From positions 1 through 34,206 of the forward strand of contig QPMI01000374.1 of the NCBI GenBank assembly GCA_004431415.1: a stretch of 34,206 nucleotides of DNA. Direction: 5' to 3'. A program made the position numbers and the translations under genes. The notes beneath the pieces are model-generated. The model did no database searches, was not told the DNA's origin, and saw only the letters and a list, made by a program, of their open reading frames with translations. Shown in pieces: positions 9,309 to 20,207 of this stretch. Each line of letters opens with the position of its first letter. The stretch's first letter is position 1. This DNA is from Cyanophora paradoxa CCMP329. Lineage: Eukaryota > Plantae > Glaucophyta.

Positions 9309-10897
9309 CTACTGTTTTGGGGCAAGGTGTGCGAGGAGGCGGTCTATCGTCGCCTCCGTCTCCCTCGAGAGGCCGCCGCCCTCTTCGCCCTCCCTCGCGC
9401 CCTGGTCCGCGGCGGGGGCGGAGGCGGAGGCGGTGCTGGCGCGCCAGGCAGCGAGCGTCTCGGCAAGGGAGGGCTCCTTGATGGCCCGCAGCGTGGCGAT
9501 CCCCTCTTGCGCCACGCCCGTCGCCGCCAGTGCCTCCAGCGCCTGCAGCACCTGCGCCCGCCCACAGAACGCCGATCAGGGCAGAGCGCGGCGCAAGCGC
9601 GCGCCGGGGCTGTTGCGCGTGCGGAGCGGGGAGCCTGGGAGGGTTGGGCGCGGGGCGGGGCGGGCGGGCCTTCTCGCGGAGGTCGGGGTCGTCGTCGCGG
9701 CGGAGCAGCAGCGCGAGCGGCGCGACGGCCTCGGCGTCGATGAGCCGCAGCGCGTACGCCGCCTTCTCCCCGCACAGCGCGTACGCCAGGAACGCCCCCC
9801 GCCGCAGCGCCCGCACGTCTGCGCCCGGGCTCCCGGTCGGCGCGGCGTCGCGGGGCGCGGGGCGGGGCGGGGCGGGGCGGGCCTGTCTCGGTGGCGAAGA
9901 GGCGGGCGAGGGCGGGGAAGCCGCCGCTGGCGACGAACGCGAGGCCGCCCTCCTCGCTGTGCCGCACCAGCGCTGCCCCCGCCCGCACCGGCTCCGTCGG
10001 CCACCGCCGCCGCGGCGGGGTGGCACGGGGCGGCCGGGGGCGCACCTGAGAGGGCGAGGACGGCCTTGGAGCGCACGTCGCCGCTGGGGTCGCTCTGGAG
10101 CTTCTCGAGCAGGAGGGGCACGAGCTTGAGCTCCACCGCCGCCCGCTGCACCCGCTCGTTGTGCTGCAGCGCCGTCGCCAGCGTGTGCGCCGCCAGCGCC
10201 CGCACCCCCGCGTCCCCGTCCCCCAGCGCTCCCATCACCACCGGCAACCCCTTCATCTTCTCCAGGTCTGCGCGCAGGGGTCAGGAGCGCTAGCGGCCCA
10301 GCCAAAGCCCAGGCATCGGGGAGCGAGCGGGCGCTGCGCGCGAACCGGAGGCGTTGTCAACGGACTCGACGAAGAACTGGAGCTCCTCGAGCGCCTCGGC
10401 CTTCGCATCCGCATCCGCTTCGGGGTTCGCAACCACGGCCAGCGCCCGCCGCATCTTCGGTGCGTCACCCTCTAGCGCGCTCTCGATGAACGCCTTATCC
10501 TGCGCAAGAGCGCTCTTAGCGCATGCTTCACGTGCTCCCTCCGAAATCGATCGTAGCGAGCGGCTAGCGCTAGCGAGAGCGGCGCGCTGAGCGCGCGGGG
10601 AAATGCCTAGGTGCATTCACTCGGCTTAACGCGCGTGGCATTTCTTCCGGCATGTTGGACCGTGCGCGTCGAGAAGGTTCTAGACTACCGTGCGCAGGCG
10701 GCGGACACGGTGGCGCTGCACTAAATATATAAGTAGCTCTTTCTTAATCCAAAGGTGCTTAAACGAACCTCCTCCGTGATGCGCTTGTATTTGCTCATGT
10801 CAGTCTCGTGGTTCTGAACCGCCGCCTGCATCCTCAGCTCGTTTGGATCGCTGTACTGGAGCGACATTTTGAGCAGCTTTTGCAGCGGCGCGTCCAT
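9309..10897 (-). CDS. HSPBP1: Hsp70 nucleotide-exchange factor HspBP1/Fes1 (Fes1 + ARM repeats), 6 exons
   Basis: MDAPLQKLLKMSLQYSD...KAEALEELQFFVESVDNASDLEKMKGL...VRALAAHTLATALQHNERVQ...VRSKAVLALSALVRH...DLREKVLQAL. Confidence 0.88.
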
Positions 10898-10974
10898 CGC
10901 TGAGATGGGGCTGTACCCCCCTTTCTTCGAAGTTTGGCGCCTTCCCACAGCGCGCATCTGAAGGTGCTGCAGCG

Positions 10975-12355
10975 ATGGCGGATCCGCCGAGCGCTCCTGC
11001 AACGCCCAGCGGGCCACGCAGCGCTGCGCGAAGCGGCGGAGGCGCGCTGGACCTGAGCGCCTGCGACTTGACGCCAATCCACAAGCGCGCCGCGGAGGCA
11101 CACTCTTCCCCGCACCCGCTCATCGTCGGAGTCATCGGTCCGCGCTGCGCTGGAAAGACGACGCTGTCGGAGTACCTGGCGACGAAGCTCGGCTTCCAGC
11201 GCTGGGACGCGGCAGCGCTTGATCACGGGAGGCTTATGGAGGAGATAATGTGCGACTGGAAGCGGTCGCACGTCCTCGACGGCCTCACCGCTCACGACGC
11301 CCGGCTCTGGCTACGCCGGCCTCTCTTCTATGTGTTGTTTGTGGACGCTCCGGTTCTGGAGCGCTTCCGGAGGGCAGCGGCGCGGCGGTCGCCTCACGAC
11401 CCGCTTTCGCTGGAGGAGTTCATAAAACGGGACGACGTGGACTGCTACGGCGCGCGCGACGGATCGCGCTCCGGTGCGGTTCGCCTGCGCAAGCGGTTGC
11501 GGCGGAGCTGCGGGGCGGCGGCGAGCGGGGCGGGGCGCAGGGTGCCGGGAGGCGATGCCGTACGCGCGTGTGCGGCTGGTGAACGACGGGAGCGTTGAGC
11601 ACTTCCTCAAGCTCGTTGCCGACTCGGACCTCGCGAACCCTGTGCGCCCGCTCCCGCCCCCGCCCCGCCCGGCGCGCCACGCGGCTCACGGGGCGGGCGG
11701 CGGCGCGCGGGGCGGCGCGTGCGGCAGGAGTACGTGAGGCCGTCGTGGGACTCGTACTTCATGCGGCTGGCGGAGCTCGCGAGCCAGCGGAGCAACTGCA
11801 TGAAGCGGCGCGTGGGCGCCATCGTCGTCCGCGAGAACCGCGTCGTGAGCTCCGGCTACAACGGGACCCCGCGCGGCTGCCAGAACTGCAACGAGGGCGG
11901 CTGCCGTCGGTGCGTCGGCGGCTCTGCGCCGCGCGAGCGCCTCTGAGGGCCCGCGGCAGGTGCAACGGGAATGCGCGGGCGGGGACGGGCCTGGACGAGT
12001 GCCTGTGCCTGCACGCCGAGGAGAACGCCCTCGTGCGCCGCCCCGCCGGCCCCGCCCTCGCCGCCGGGGCAGACGAGGGTGCGGGGGGCAGCTGGAGGCG
12101 GGGCGGGAGCGGGCGGCGGGGGCGGTGCTGTACACGAGCCTGCTGCCGTGCCTGGGGTGCACGAAGAAGATCGTGCAGGCGGGGGTGCGGGAGGTGGTCT
12201 TCAGCGCGGCGTACGCGGAGAGCATGGACGCCGTCTCCCGCGCCCTGCTCGCCGAGGCCGGCGTCCGCATCCGCCAGCACGCCCTCGGCCGCCCCGCCAG
12301 CCTCGGCCCCGTCTCCGCCCTTGACGACTCGTTCTGCGAGCTCGCCCTCGCCTAG
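10975..12355 (+). CDS. DCTD: dCMP deaminase with N-terminal P-loop kinase-like domain (fungal Dcd1-type architecture), 5 exons
   Basis: GPRCAGKTT P-loop; RPSWDSYFMRLAELASQRSNCMKRRVGA; GYNGTPRG; CLHAEENAL; PCLGCTKKIVQAGV (HxE/PCxxC Zn motifs). Confidence 0.93.
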
Positions 12356-12509
12356 GCCCCTCCGCCCGCCCCTCCCCTCCACCCCCGTCCCCTCCACGGC
12401 CACCGGTACATGCCCCTGCCCCCTTGTCCCTCTCCGCCCCGCGCGAACCGAAAGGAGGTGTGGGGTTGGAAGAGTGGTGGGCCTGGTGGGGCGGGGCGGG
12501 CGGGGCGGG

Positions 12510-14006
12510 CTAGCTGTCGAAGTCGACGTCGTCGTCGGCGGAGGAGGAGGGGGCGGTGCGGCCGATGCAGCGCAGCTGGCCCTCCTCCAGCGCCCACGCG
12601 TGCACGCTCTCGTTGAAGCACCCGCTGTACACCCCCGCCCCGCTGCCCCCCGCGCCCCCTCAGCCCTGCCCCCTCCGAGGCGGGGGCGGGGGCGGACCTG
12701 CCGGGGAGGGCGGCGGCGAGGCAGAGGATGGTGGAGGAGTGGGGGACGCGGACGCTGGCGACGCAGGCGCCGTCCGCCGTGTCCCACACCCGGATCGTCC
12801 GGTCCGTCGACCCCGTCGCCAGCCTGCGCGGCGTCGGAGGGGCGGCGGGGGCGCGGGGGGCGGCGGGACGGACAGGAGGCGGCCGCGGTGGTCGGCGGGG
12901 GGCAGGAGGGCGCAGGCGTTGGCGGACTGGGAGTGGCCGCGAAGCTCGCGGAGGAGGGCCTGCTTGCGCCGGTCCCAGATTTTCGCGTCGCACCCGTCGC
13001 TGTCGAATCCGTGGCTCGTCGTCGCCACCGTGTTGAAGTCCTCCGACGCGTCGCACGCGAGCTGCACCGGCTCGGCGCCGGCCAGGCGGGGTGGGGCGGA
13101 GCGGGCGGACGGGGATGTATGTGTGGCCGCGCCACTGCTGGGCGACGCGCATGGAGCGGGTGTCCCAGACGCGCAGCTCGAGGTCCTCGCCGACCTGCAG
13201 CACGCACGCCTCCTCCAGCCACCGCACGCTCGTCACCTGCGCCCCCGCCCCTCGGACCCCGCCCCCGCCCCGCCCCCCCCCCCCGCCCCCCGCCCCCCCG
13301 CGAGCGCGCGCCAGGTTGTTGGAGATCTTCTGGCACGAGATGGAGGTGCCGCGCTCCACGTCCCACAGCCGCACCGCGTTGTCCCGCGACCCCGAGAAGA
13401 GGCGGGTGTCGTCTGCGGGGGTCTCGCGGAGGCGGGGCGGGGGGCGGGGCGGCAGGGCGGGCGGGCCCTGGTTGAGGGTGAGGCAGGAGACGTTGAGTGT
13501 GTGGCCGCGGTACGTCTGCGTGGCCTCCGGCTGGCCCCGCACCCATCGCTTCAGCGTCGTGTCCCGCGACGCCGAGAAAATCGCCCCCGTCGCCTTCCCG
13601 TACGCCACCTGCCGCCCCGTCACCCCCGCCCCCGCCCCCGCGCCCCCGCCCCGCCCTCGCCTTGTTCACGGGCTTCTCGTGCCCCCGCCACCGCTCCAGC
13701 TCCTTCCCCTGAACCCAGTCGAACAGCACGACTGTCTGCACAGCGCCATCAGACGGGCGCGCGCGTGGACGCGGCGCAGCTGCCCCCGCGCACCTTGTCG
13801 TCGCTACAGGAGAGCACTTGCGACGGCTCCGCGGTAGCGCAAACCCCCATCACCGCGTCTGTGTGGATCTTCGGCCACGTTTGGATCTGCGCTTGCCGCC
13901 GGGTCGACGGCTCGGAGTCCACGGTCGCGCCGTCGTCTACCCTGTACCGCCGCCGGTGGCTCCATCGCCTGTACCACGAACTGCAGACACTGCTCGCATT
14001 GCCCAT
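12510..14006 (-). CDS. WDR31: WD40 repeat protein, WDR31-like (cilia-associated), 8 exons; N-terminal MGNASSVC acylation motif
   Basis: WD repeats GHEKPVNKV..FSASRDTTLKRW and GHTLNV..LFSGSRDNAVRLWD. WDR31-like SHGFDSDGCDAKIWD..ELRGHSQS and SGCFNESVH. Confidence 0.8.
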
Positions 14007-14466
14007 CTACTCGCCGGCCCTCGCCCGCCGACAGGGTCGCTGATGCGATTGCCCTTTCCTGGTGCAAGTGGCTGTTGTTCGCTTCGAACGATGCTTCACG
14101 CGCTCTCGCGCAGCTGAGCTGCCAGGCTGGCTCGCGCGCTGCCGGTCGACAACGGCTACCGCGCCCGCACCGCTCCGGATGCACCCCAGAACGCCTATAT
14201 AGCTAGTCCGCGCTGTCTCGCTTAAGCTTTCAGATGCGCTGCCCGTGGCGCTGGAGCTGAAATCCTGCAGCTGGCAGCTGCAGGTCGTCTGGCTTCGATC
14301 AAACAGGTTCGCGTTCGGCTCCCGGGCGGGCGATTGCGGGGTCCGACGGTCGCGATCGACTGCGCATGCGCGCGCATGCGCATGCGGTGCTTATAATTAC
14401 TAGTACGTATTCTGACGAAACACGCGGTTCAGAAAACCTTTTTTTTTCGTACACTGCTAAGCTGAG

Positions 14467-16578
14467 CTACCAGCGCGGGCGCTTGGGGTTGCTGAATTCG
14501 AAGTCCTGTCCCGGCGGCTGCCTCCCGGCGCCAGCGCTGCTGCGGACGCCCACAGAGGGCGGCTCGCTGCCGCCGGCCACGCTGCGCTCGCCGGCCGACG
14601 GCTGCAGCTGCGCGGCCCCGGCGGAGGCGTGCCGGCCGGCGCCGGCGCTGGGGCTGGCGGGGTGCGCGGGGCGCCGTGCGGGGCCGGGCCGTTGAGGTCC
14701 TGCGTGTCGTCCAGGTCCACGCTCCAGCCCTGCACCGCCCCGCCCCCGTCGGCCCCGCCCCGCCCCCTGCAGCTCGCCCCCTCAGCGCCACCGCGAGCAG
14801 CGCCGGGCCGCCCGCGCCCCAGGGGGGGGGGGGGGGGGGGGGGGGGGCACCTCCGGATGCGGAGGGCGGGGCCGGGCGCTGCGCAGAGAGGGGCCTGCTC
14901 GGAGGCCGAGAGGGGGCAGCAGAACGCGGCGCCGCCTCCGGGGGCGCCTCATCGGGGAACCGGAACGGGTCCTCCGCTGCCAGCCCTCGCCGTGAGCGCT
15001 CCCGCAGCGCCGGCGCTGCGCTGCGGCGGGGGCGGACCCGGCGCGTGGTCGTGGGCGCTGCTGCCGGCTGCGCCTTCAGAGGTGCCGGCGGAGGCGTCTG
15101 CGGGCGCCGGTGAGGGGAGGGGCAAGCAGGGCGGGCGGGGCGGGGCGCACGGCTGTCGGCATGCTGGCGGGGCCCGAGGAGCGGGAGGAGGCGGCGCGGG
15201 GCGACGAGGGCTGGGGCGGCGTGAGGGCCGGTTGGGAGGCGGGGCGGGGCGGGGCGGGCGAGGTCGGAGCGCTGGGAGGGGCGGCGTCGGCGAGGGTGGC
15301 GACGACGAGGTCCGCCTCGAAGTACGCCGGCCCGTTCGTGTGCGCCGAGAAGAGCACCGGCCTGGCCCCGCCCCGCCCCCGTCCCTCGCCCCGCCGCCCC
15401 CGCTGACGAGGGCGGCCGTGCGGGGCGCGGGCACCGCCCGGGGCCCTCAGCGCGCATGGCGATGTCGTGGCCGGCCTCCTCGCAGAAGCGCAGCATCGCC
15501 TGCCGGCAGCGTCGGGCGCGGCGGGAGCCGTGGCGGGGGCCGGGGGGCGGGCGGACGCGGAGCTCTTTGACGTTGAAGATGACCTCGGCGTCGAGCGGGG
15601 CGGCCGGCGCCCCGAACTCCTGGAAGTCCCGCGCGTCGATCGAGAGCTCCGTCTGCATCGCCTTCGCCGGCCCCGCCGCCCCCGCCGCCACCACCTGCTG
15701 GCCTGGCCCCGCCCCGCTCCGGCCGCCGGCGCGCGGAGGGGGCGGGAGGGGGGGCGGGGCGCACTGCGGGCGGGGTCGAGGTAGGAGCGGACCTTTAGGG
15801 CGTTGCGGCGGAGCGTGAAGGTCAGCTCCTCACTCTCCTTCTGGAAGGCCGCCAGCGACTCGGCGAGCAGGCGCGGCCGGGAGACGACGGTCGCCGTGCA
15901 GCTCTCCCGCGAGTACACCGCCTGCAGCGCCTCCGCGTCCTCGTAGTGCAGCCGCGCCCGCTTCACCACACCTGCCCGCCCCGCCCGCCCCTGTCGGCCG
16001 CACGCGCCCTTCGCCTCGCGCCCCGCGGCCCCCGCACCGCTCTTTGTCGTCACCAGCACGACGATGCGCGGCTCGCCCTGCGCGTTGACAGAGAAGAGGA
16101 TGCTCTCCGCGTTCACCGCCGTCTTGAACGTGCTCAGCAGCGGCTGCCGGGACCAGGCGCTCGACGGGGCGCGGCGCGTTGGCGTGCTGGCGCGTGAGCT
16201 CACCTTCGACAGCACCTTGCAGCGCTCGACGCGCTCGGTAAGCTCGTAGCGCTCGAAGAAGCCCGTCAGGAAGGAGAATGCAAGGAACGCGGACTTCGCC
16301 GAGTTCACCGTCCGCAGGAGCAGCTGCAGGCCGGAGCAGGTGTAAGCAGATGCATTGCCACGATCCACAGAGACCGCTCGTCTCGAAGGACGCGGCAGCG
16401 CAGGCCGATTTGAACGCCGGCGCTAGCGCTTACATGCGCCCTCCGCGCTTGGCGCGTGCAGGGCCGTGCGCACCCGCTCCTCGTCCGCCTCAACAAAGAG
16501 CTCGTCGCCGCACTTGGCAAGGCAAACGACCGCTTTCGTGAAGGTTTTGGCGAGGTTGCGCGGGACCACCGCCTCCAT
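14467..16578 (-). CDS. RAD9: 9-1-1 checkpoint clamp subunit Rad9 (C-terminal tail/stop approximate)
   Basis: KTFTKAVVCLAKCGDELFVE..LLLRTVNSAKSAFLAFSF..FFERY..RCKVLSK; MQTELSIDARDFQEF; VIFNVKELRAMLRFCE; GPGRPVLFS..FEADLVVATL. Confidence 0.9.
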
Positions 16579-16791
16579 TCCCGAACGCGTGCAGAGCGCT
16601 AACAAAGCGCTCACAGCGCCTCGTGGCTGTGCTTTCTCCGATTGGGCGGATTCTGGACGAGGTTTGGCGGGCTACGCGAATTGACGAGTGCTCTTCGTCA
16701 TGCCGCCCGCGGGCTACAGCTTCCCGCGGGCGGTCACAGACAAGTGGATTCCGGCAAAGAGGAAGCCGAAGCCGGGGGAGGAGTCGCGACC

Positions 16792-19700
16792 ATGGCGGAT
16801 ACATCTGGACCTCTCGCCCGTGCGGCCCTGAACGGCGCCCGGCGTGCACGTGGGCCCCGCAGCTAAGTCCGCCGCAGAGCGGGGAGCTGGCGACGAAGCT
16901 GGGCGAGACAGAGCGAGTGCTGAGTGGCTTCCTGGATGAGGCTCAGAAGATCGAGCGCGCCCACCAGCTCCTCGCTGAATACAGGGACGGCGCCTCGCCT
17001 CCGCTGACGGGGCCACGGAACCGGCCGCGCGTACCGCATATCGCGCTGGCGCCCTGGGTGCGCCGCGAGCTCCTCTGCGGCGGGGCGGCGGGGCTGACGG
17101 GGCGGGCAGGCGGCGCCTGGGCCGGAGGAGCGGGAGGCGGCGGCGGGGCCGGCGACGACCTCGCGGCTGCGGCTGCGGCCCTCCTCGTCCTCCTCCGACG
17201 TGCGCGCCGCGGCGGGGCCGGCGGGGCCGGCGGGGCGACGCGCGCCGGCGCAGAAGGCGCGGGCGCTGCAGGCGGGTGTGGAGAGCGCGCGGGGCCGGCG
17301 CTGGGGCGAGGCCGCGCACGCCTTCCTCGACGTGCGTCCCCGTGCCCGCCGCCCGCCGCGCCGGCTGGCGGGGCGTGAGGGCGGGGCGGGGCGGGCAGGG
17401 GCTGGCGGGGGCGCCCGGGGACTCGGCCCTGGCGGGTGGCTTCGGGTACGCGCTGGAGGGGGCCGTGCGGCAGCGCCGCTTCCTCGACCGCGGGGGGGCC
17501 CGCGAGGAGATCCCCGCCTGGGTGCCCCCGCCGCGCCCCGCGCTGCCGCCCATGCCGCACGAGGCGGAGGAGGACCTCTACGACCCGGGCAAGAAGTCGC
17601 TGCGGGACGAGTTCGAGGGCGCGGCCCCCGCACGCGCCCCCCGGCCCCGGCGTCGCCTGCCTCACGGGCGGCCCGGCGCAGCGCTCTGGCAGAAGATGTA
17701 CCTCAAGGACCTGTACCCCCGCGTCCGCCCCGCCCACCCCGCCCCGCCCCGCCCGGCTCCGCGCCGACGCCCCGCAGCGCGACTCCGAGGCCGTCGAGGC
17801 GCAGACCAAGGCCCGCCTGCGCCCCCCCCCCCCCCCCCCCCCCCCTTCCCCCCTCCCCCGGGCGCGCCGGGGACGCGGGTGGTGCCCAGGGGATCTTCTG
17901 GACGTACTTTCTCCCCCTCAAGAAGTACTTCATCTTCTACTCCCGGTGGGGGCCCCCGCAGCGCACCCCGTCGTCGCCTTTCCCTTTACCCCTGCCCCGC
18001 AGGCTGGAGAACGGGGCGGTGGCGAAGATCGCCATCCGGGAGCGGGTGACCGCCGAGGACGTCTTCACCATGGACCGCCGCGAGGTCCGCCCCCGCCGGG
18101 CGGGGGCGCGGGCGGGGGCGGGGCGGGGCGGGGGGCGAGGTGGCGGGGGCGCAGTGGCTGGTGTTCGTGAAGGAGGTGGGGCTGGAGAACGGGCAGCTCA
18201 CGCGCGCGATCGTGGACATCATCTTCATCACCGCCAATCGTGGCCTCGACCGCGCCGGCCGGCCCCTCCTCGCGCGCCCGCCCCGCCCCGCCCCGCCCCC
18301 CGCCCCCGCCCGAGCCCCCGCCTCCCCGCCCCCGCAGGAGGTCACGGAGAACAGCCGCAACAGCTGCTGCCTCGTGCGGGGGGGCCCCTCGGCGCTCCCT
18401 CGGGGGGGGCCTCACCGGGGGGCGGGCAGCACGAGTTCATGGTGACCATGGCGCGCATGGCGCAGGTCGCTCTCTCCTCCGCACCCCGTCTCCACTTGAC
18501 CTCGCGCGTCTCACGTGCTCCCCCAGGAGCGCTACCGCCGCGCCGAGCCGAGCCTGCCGCGCCGCCTCGAGCGCGTCATGCGGGACCACGGCGCGCCCCG
18601 GCGGGAGGCGGGCGGGGGGGCGGGGCGGGGGCTGAGGGGCTCGGGGTGCAGTGCTGCCGCGGGCGCGGTACGACCACGCGGGGGAGTTCAAGACGCTCAT
18701 GCGCTCGACCGCCATGCAGGCCTCCACCCGCCGCTGGTACCCCCACATCCGCCACCTCTTCCTCCGCTACGCCGTCCGCCCCCTCCCCGCCCCCGCGCCC
18801 GGCGGCAGCGGGGCGGGGTGCGAGGGGCGGGGCAGGCGCTGGAGTGGTACGAGGCGGTGCGGGTCTCGGCGTCGCGGCTGGTGACGCTGAGCGTGCGGGA
18901 GTTCCTGCGCCTCTTCGAGGACCACGGGCTCGTCTCGGAGCGGGTGCCGAACGCGAGCCTCCAGGAGTGCTTCGTCCTCGCCCAGAGCGACGCCCTCGAG
19001 GTCCCCGAGCTCGTCGCCATCGCCCGCGCCGGCGGCCCCGACGCCCTCCTCCTCCTCCCCGGCGACGCCCCCGCCGAGGACCCCCAGGGCCCGCCCCCGC
19101 CCCCGCCCCCGCCCCGCCCCCGGCTCTCCGCGCGGGGTGCGAGGGGGGGGCCGGGGCGCAGAGATGGAGCTGCCGACCTTCTTCGAGGCGCTGGCGCGCG
19201 TGGCGGCGATCTACGCCGGGCTCGCCCCCTCCCTCGCCCCCCCTCCGCCGCCGACCTCGCCCCGAGCCCCGCGGCCCCGCCCGCCCCTCCTCCGCTCCGC
19301 CCTCCGCTCCTCCCGCTCCCTCCTCCCGCCCCCGCCGACCCCGCCGACGAGGGCGACGAGGCCGGCGGCCGCGCCAGCGCCCCCTCCCCGACCCGCTCCT
19401 CCCCGGGCCCGAGCCGGCGCCGGCCCCGCGGCCGCGCCTGCCCCCGCGCACCCGCTCCCGCGTCACCCTCGCCCCGACGCCCCCGCCCCGCCCTCCCCGG
19501 CACCCTCCCTCTCCCCGGCGCCCTCCCTCTCCGCGGCGTCCGGCGGCGGGGCGGGCGCGCTGAGCGCGGAGCGGCTGGCGGAGGCGTTCGGGGCGCTGGT
19601 GCGGGAGCTGCTGGCGCGGGGGCGGGGCGGGGCGCGAGGGGCCGGGGGTCCCCGAGCACATCCGGCAGCGGGCGGAGGCGCTCTTTGCCGCCAAGGAGCG

Positions 19701-20085
19701 CTACTACGTCTGCGAGCTCCGCCGCCGCACCTGCCCCCGCCCCGGCCCCGCCTCCCCAGCCCCGCCATCGCCGCCCCGGCCTCCGCCGCGCCCCCACCGA
19801 GGCGCCTCCGCGCGACCTCGACGCTGCGCCGAGCCCGCCGGGGCGGGGCAGGCGCCGGAGGAGGCCGCGGGGCGCCACCCTCCGCGGTCCCCCGGGGCTC
19901 GCGGGCCGGAGGGGGCGGGAGCGCGCGGGTGACGGCGGCGGGGCCGGGGCCGGGCAGGAAGAGGGGGCGGGGCGGGGCGGGCGGGGCGGGCGCCGCGGAG
20001 CGGGACTTCGCTCCTTCGCTTCCGCCTCGACGGGCCCGACGGGGACCCTGCCCCGCGCCCCGGCCCCGAGGCCCCCGCCCCTTAG
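16792..20085 (+). CDS. Uncharacterised multi-exon protein with EF-hand-like/p25-like helical repeats (possibly flagellum-associated); both ends uncertain
   Basis: Spliced segments LKKYFIFYS; TMDRREWLVFVKEVGL..LTRAIVDIIFITAN; HEFMVTMARMAQERY; IRHLFLRYA; LSVREFLRLFEDHGL; EMELPTFFEALARVA. Confidence 0.6.
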
Positions 20086-20207
20086 CCCAGAGGCCCCCGC
20101 CCCTTCCGGCCCGCCAGGGCGCCCGGCGCCCCCGCCCCGCAACTCACGTGCACGTCACCAGCTGTGAGCCTCCGAGCTTCGTGAACCTCCGACTCGGCGA
20201 AGCTCTG

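Noticed and set aside
14362-14386. NRF1-like TGCGCATGCGC promoter motif (also at 25741-25758)
   Set aside because: It is more simply explained as GCA-TGC-GCA-TGC inverted triplication. There is no independent evidence of a binding site.
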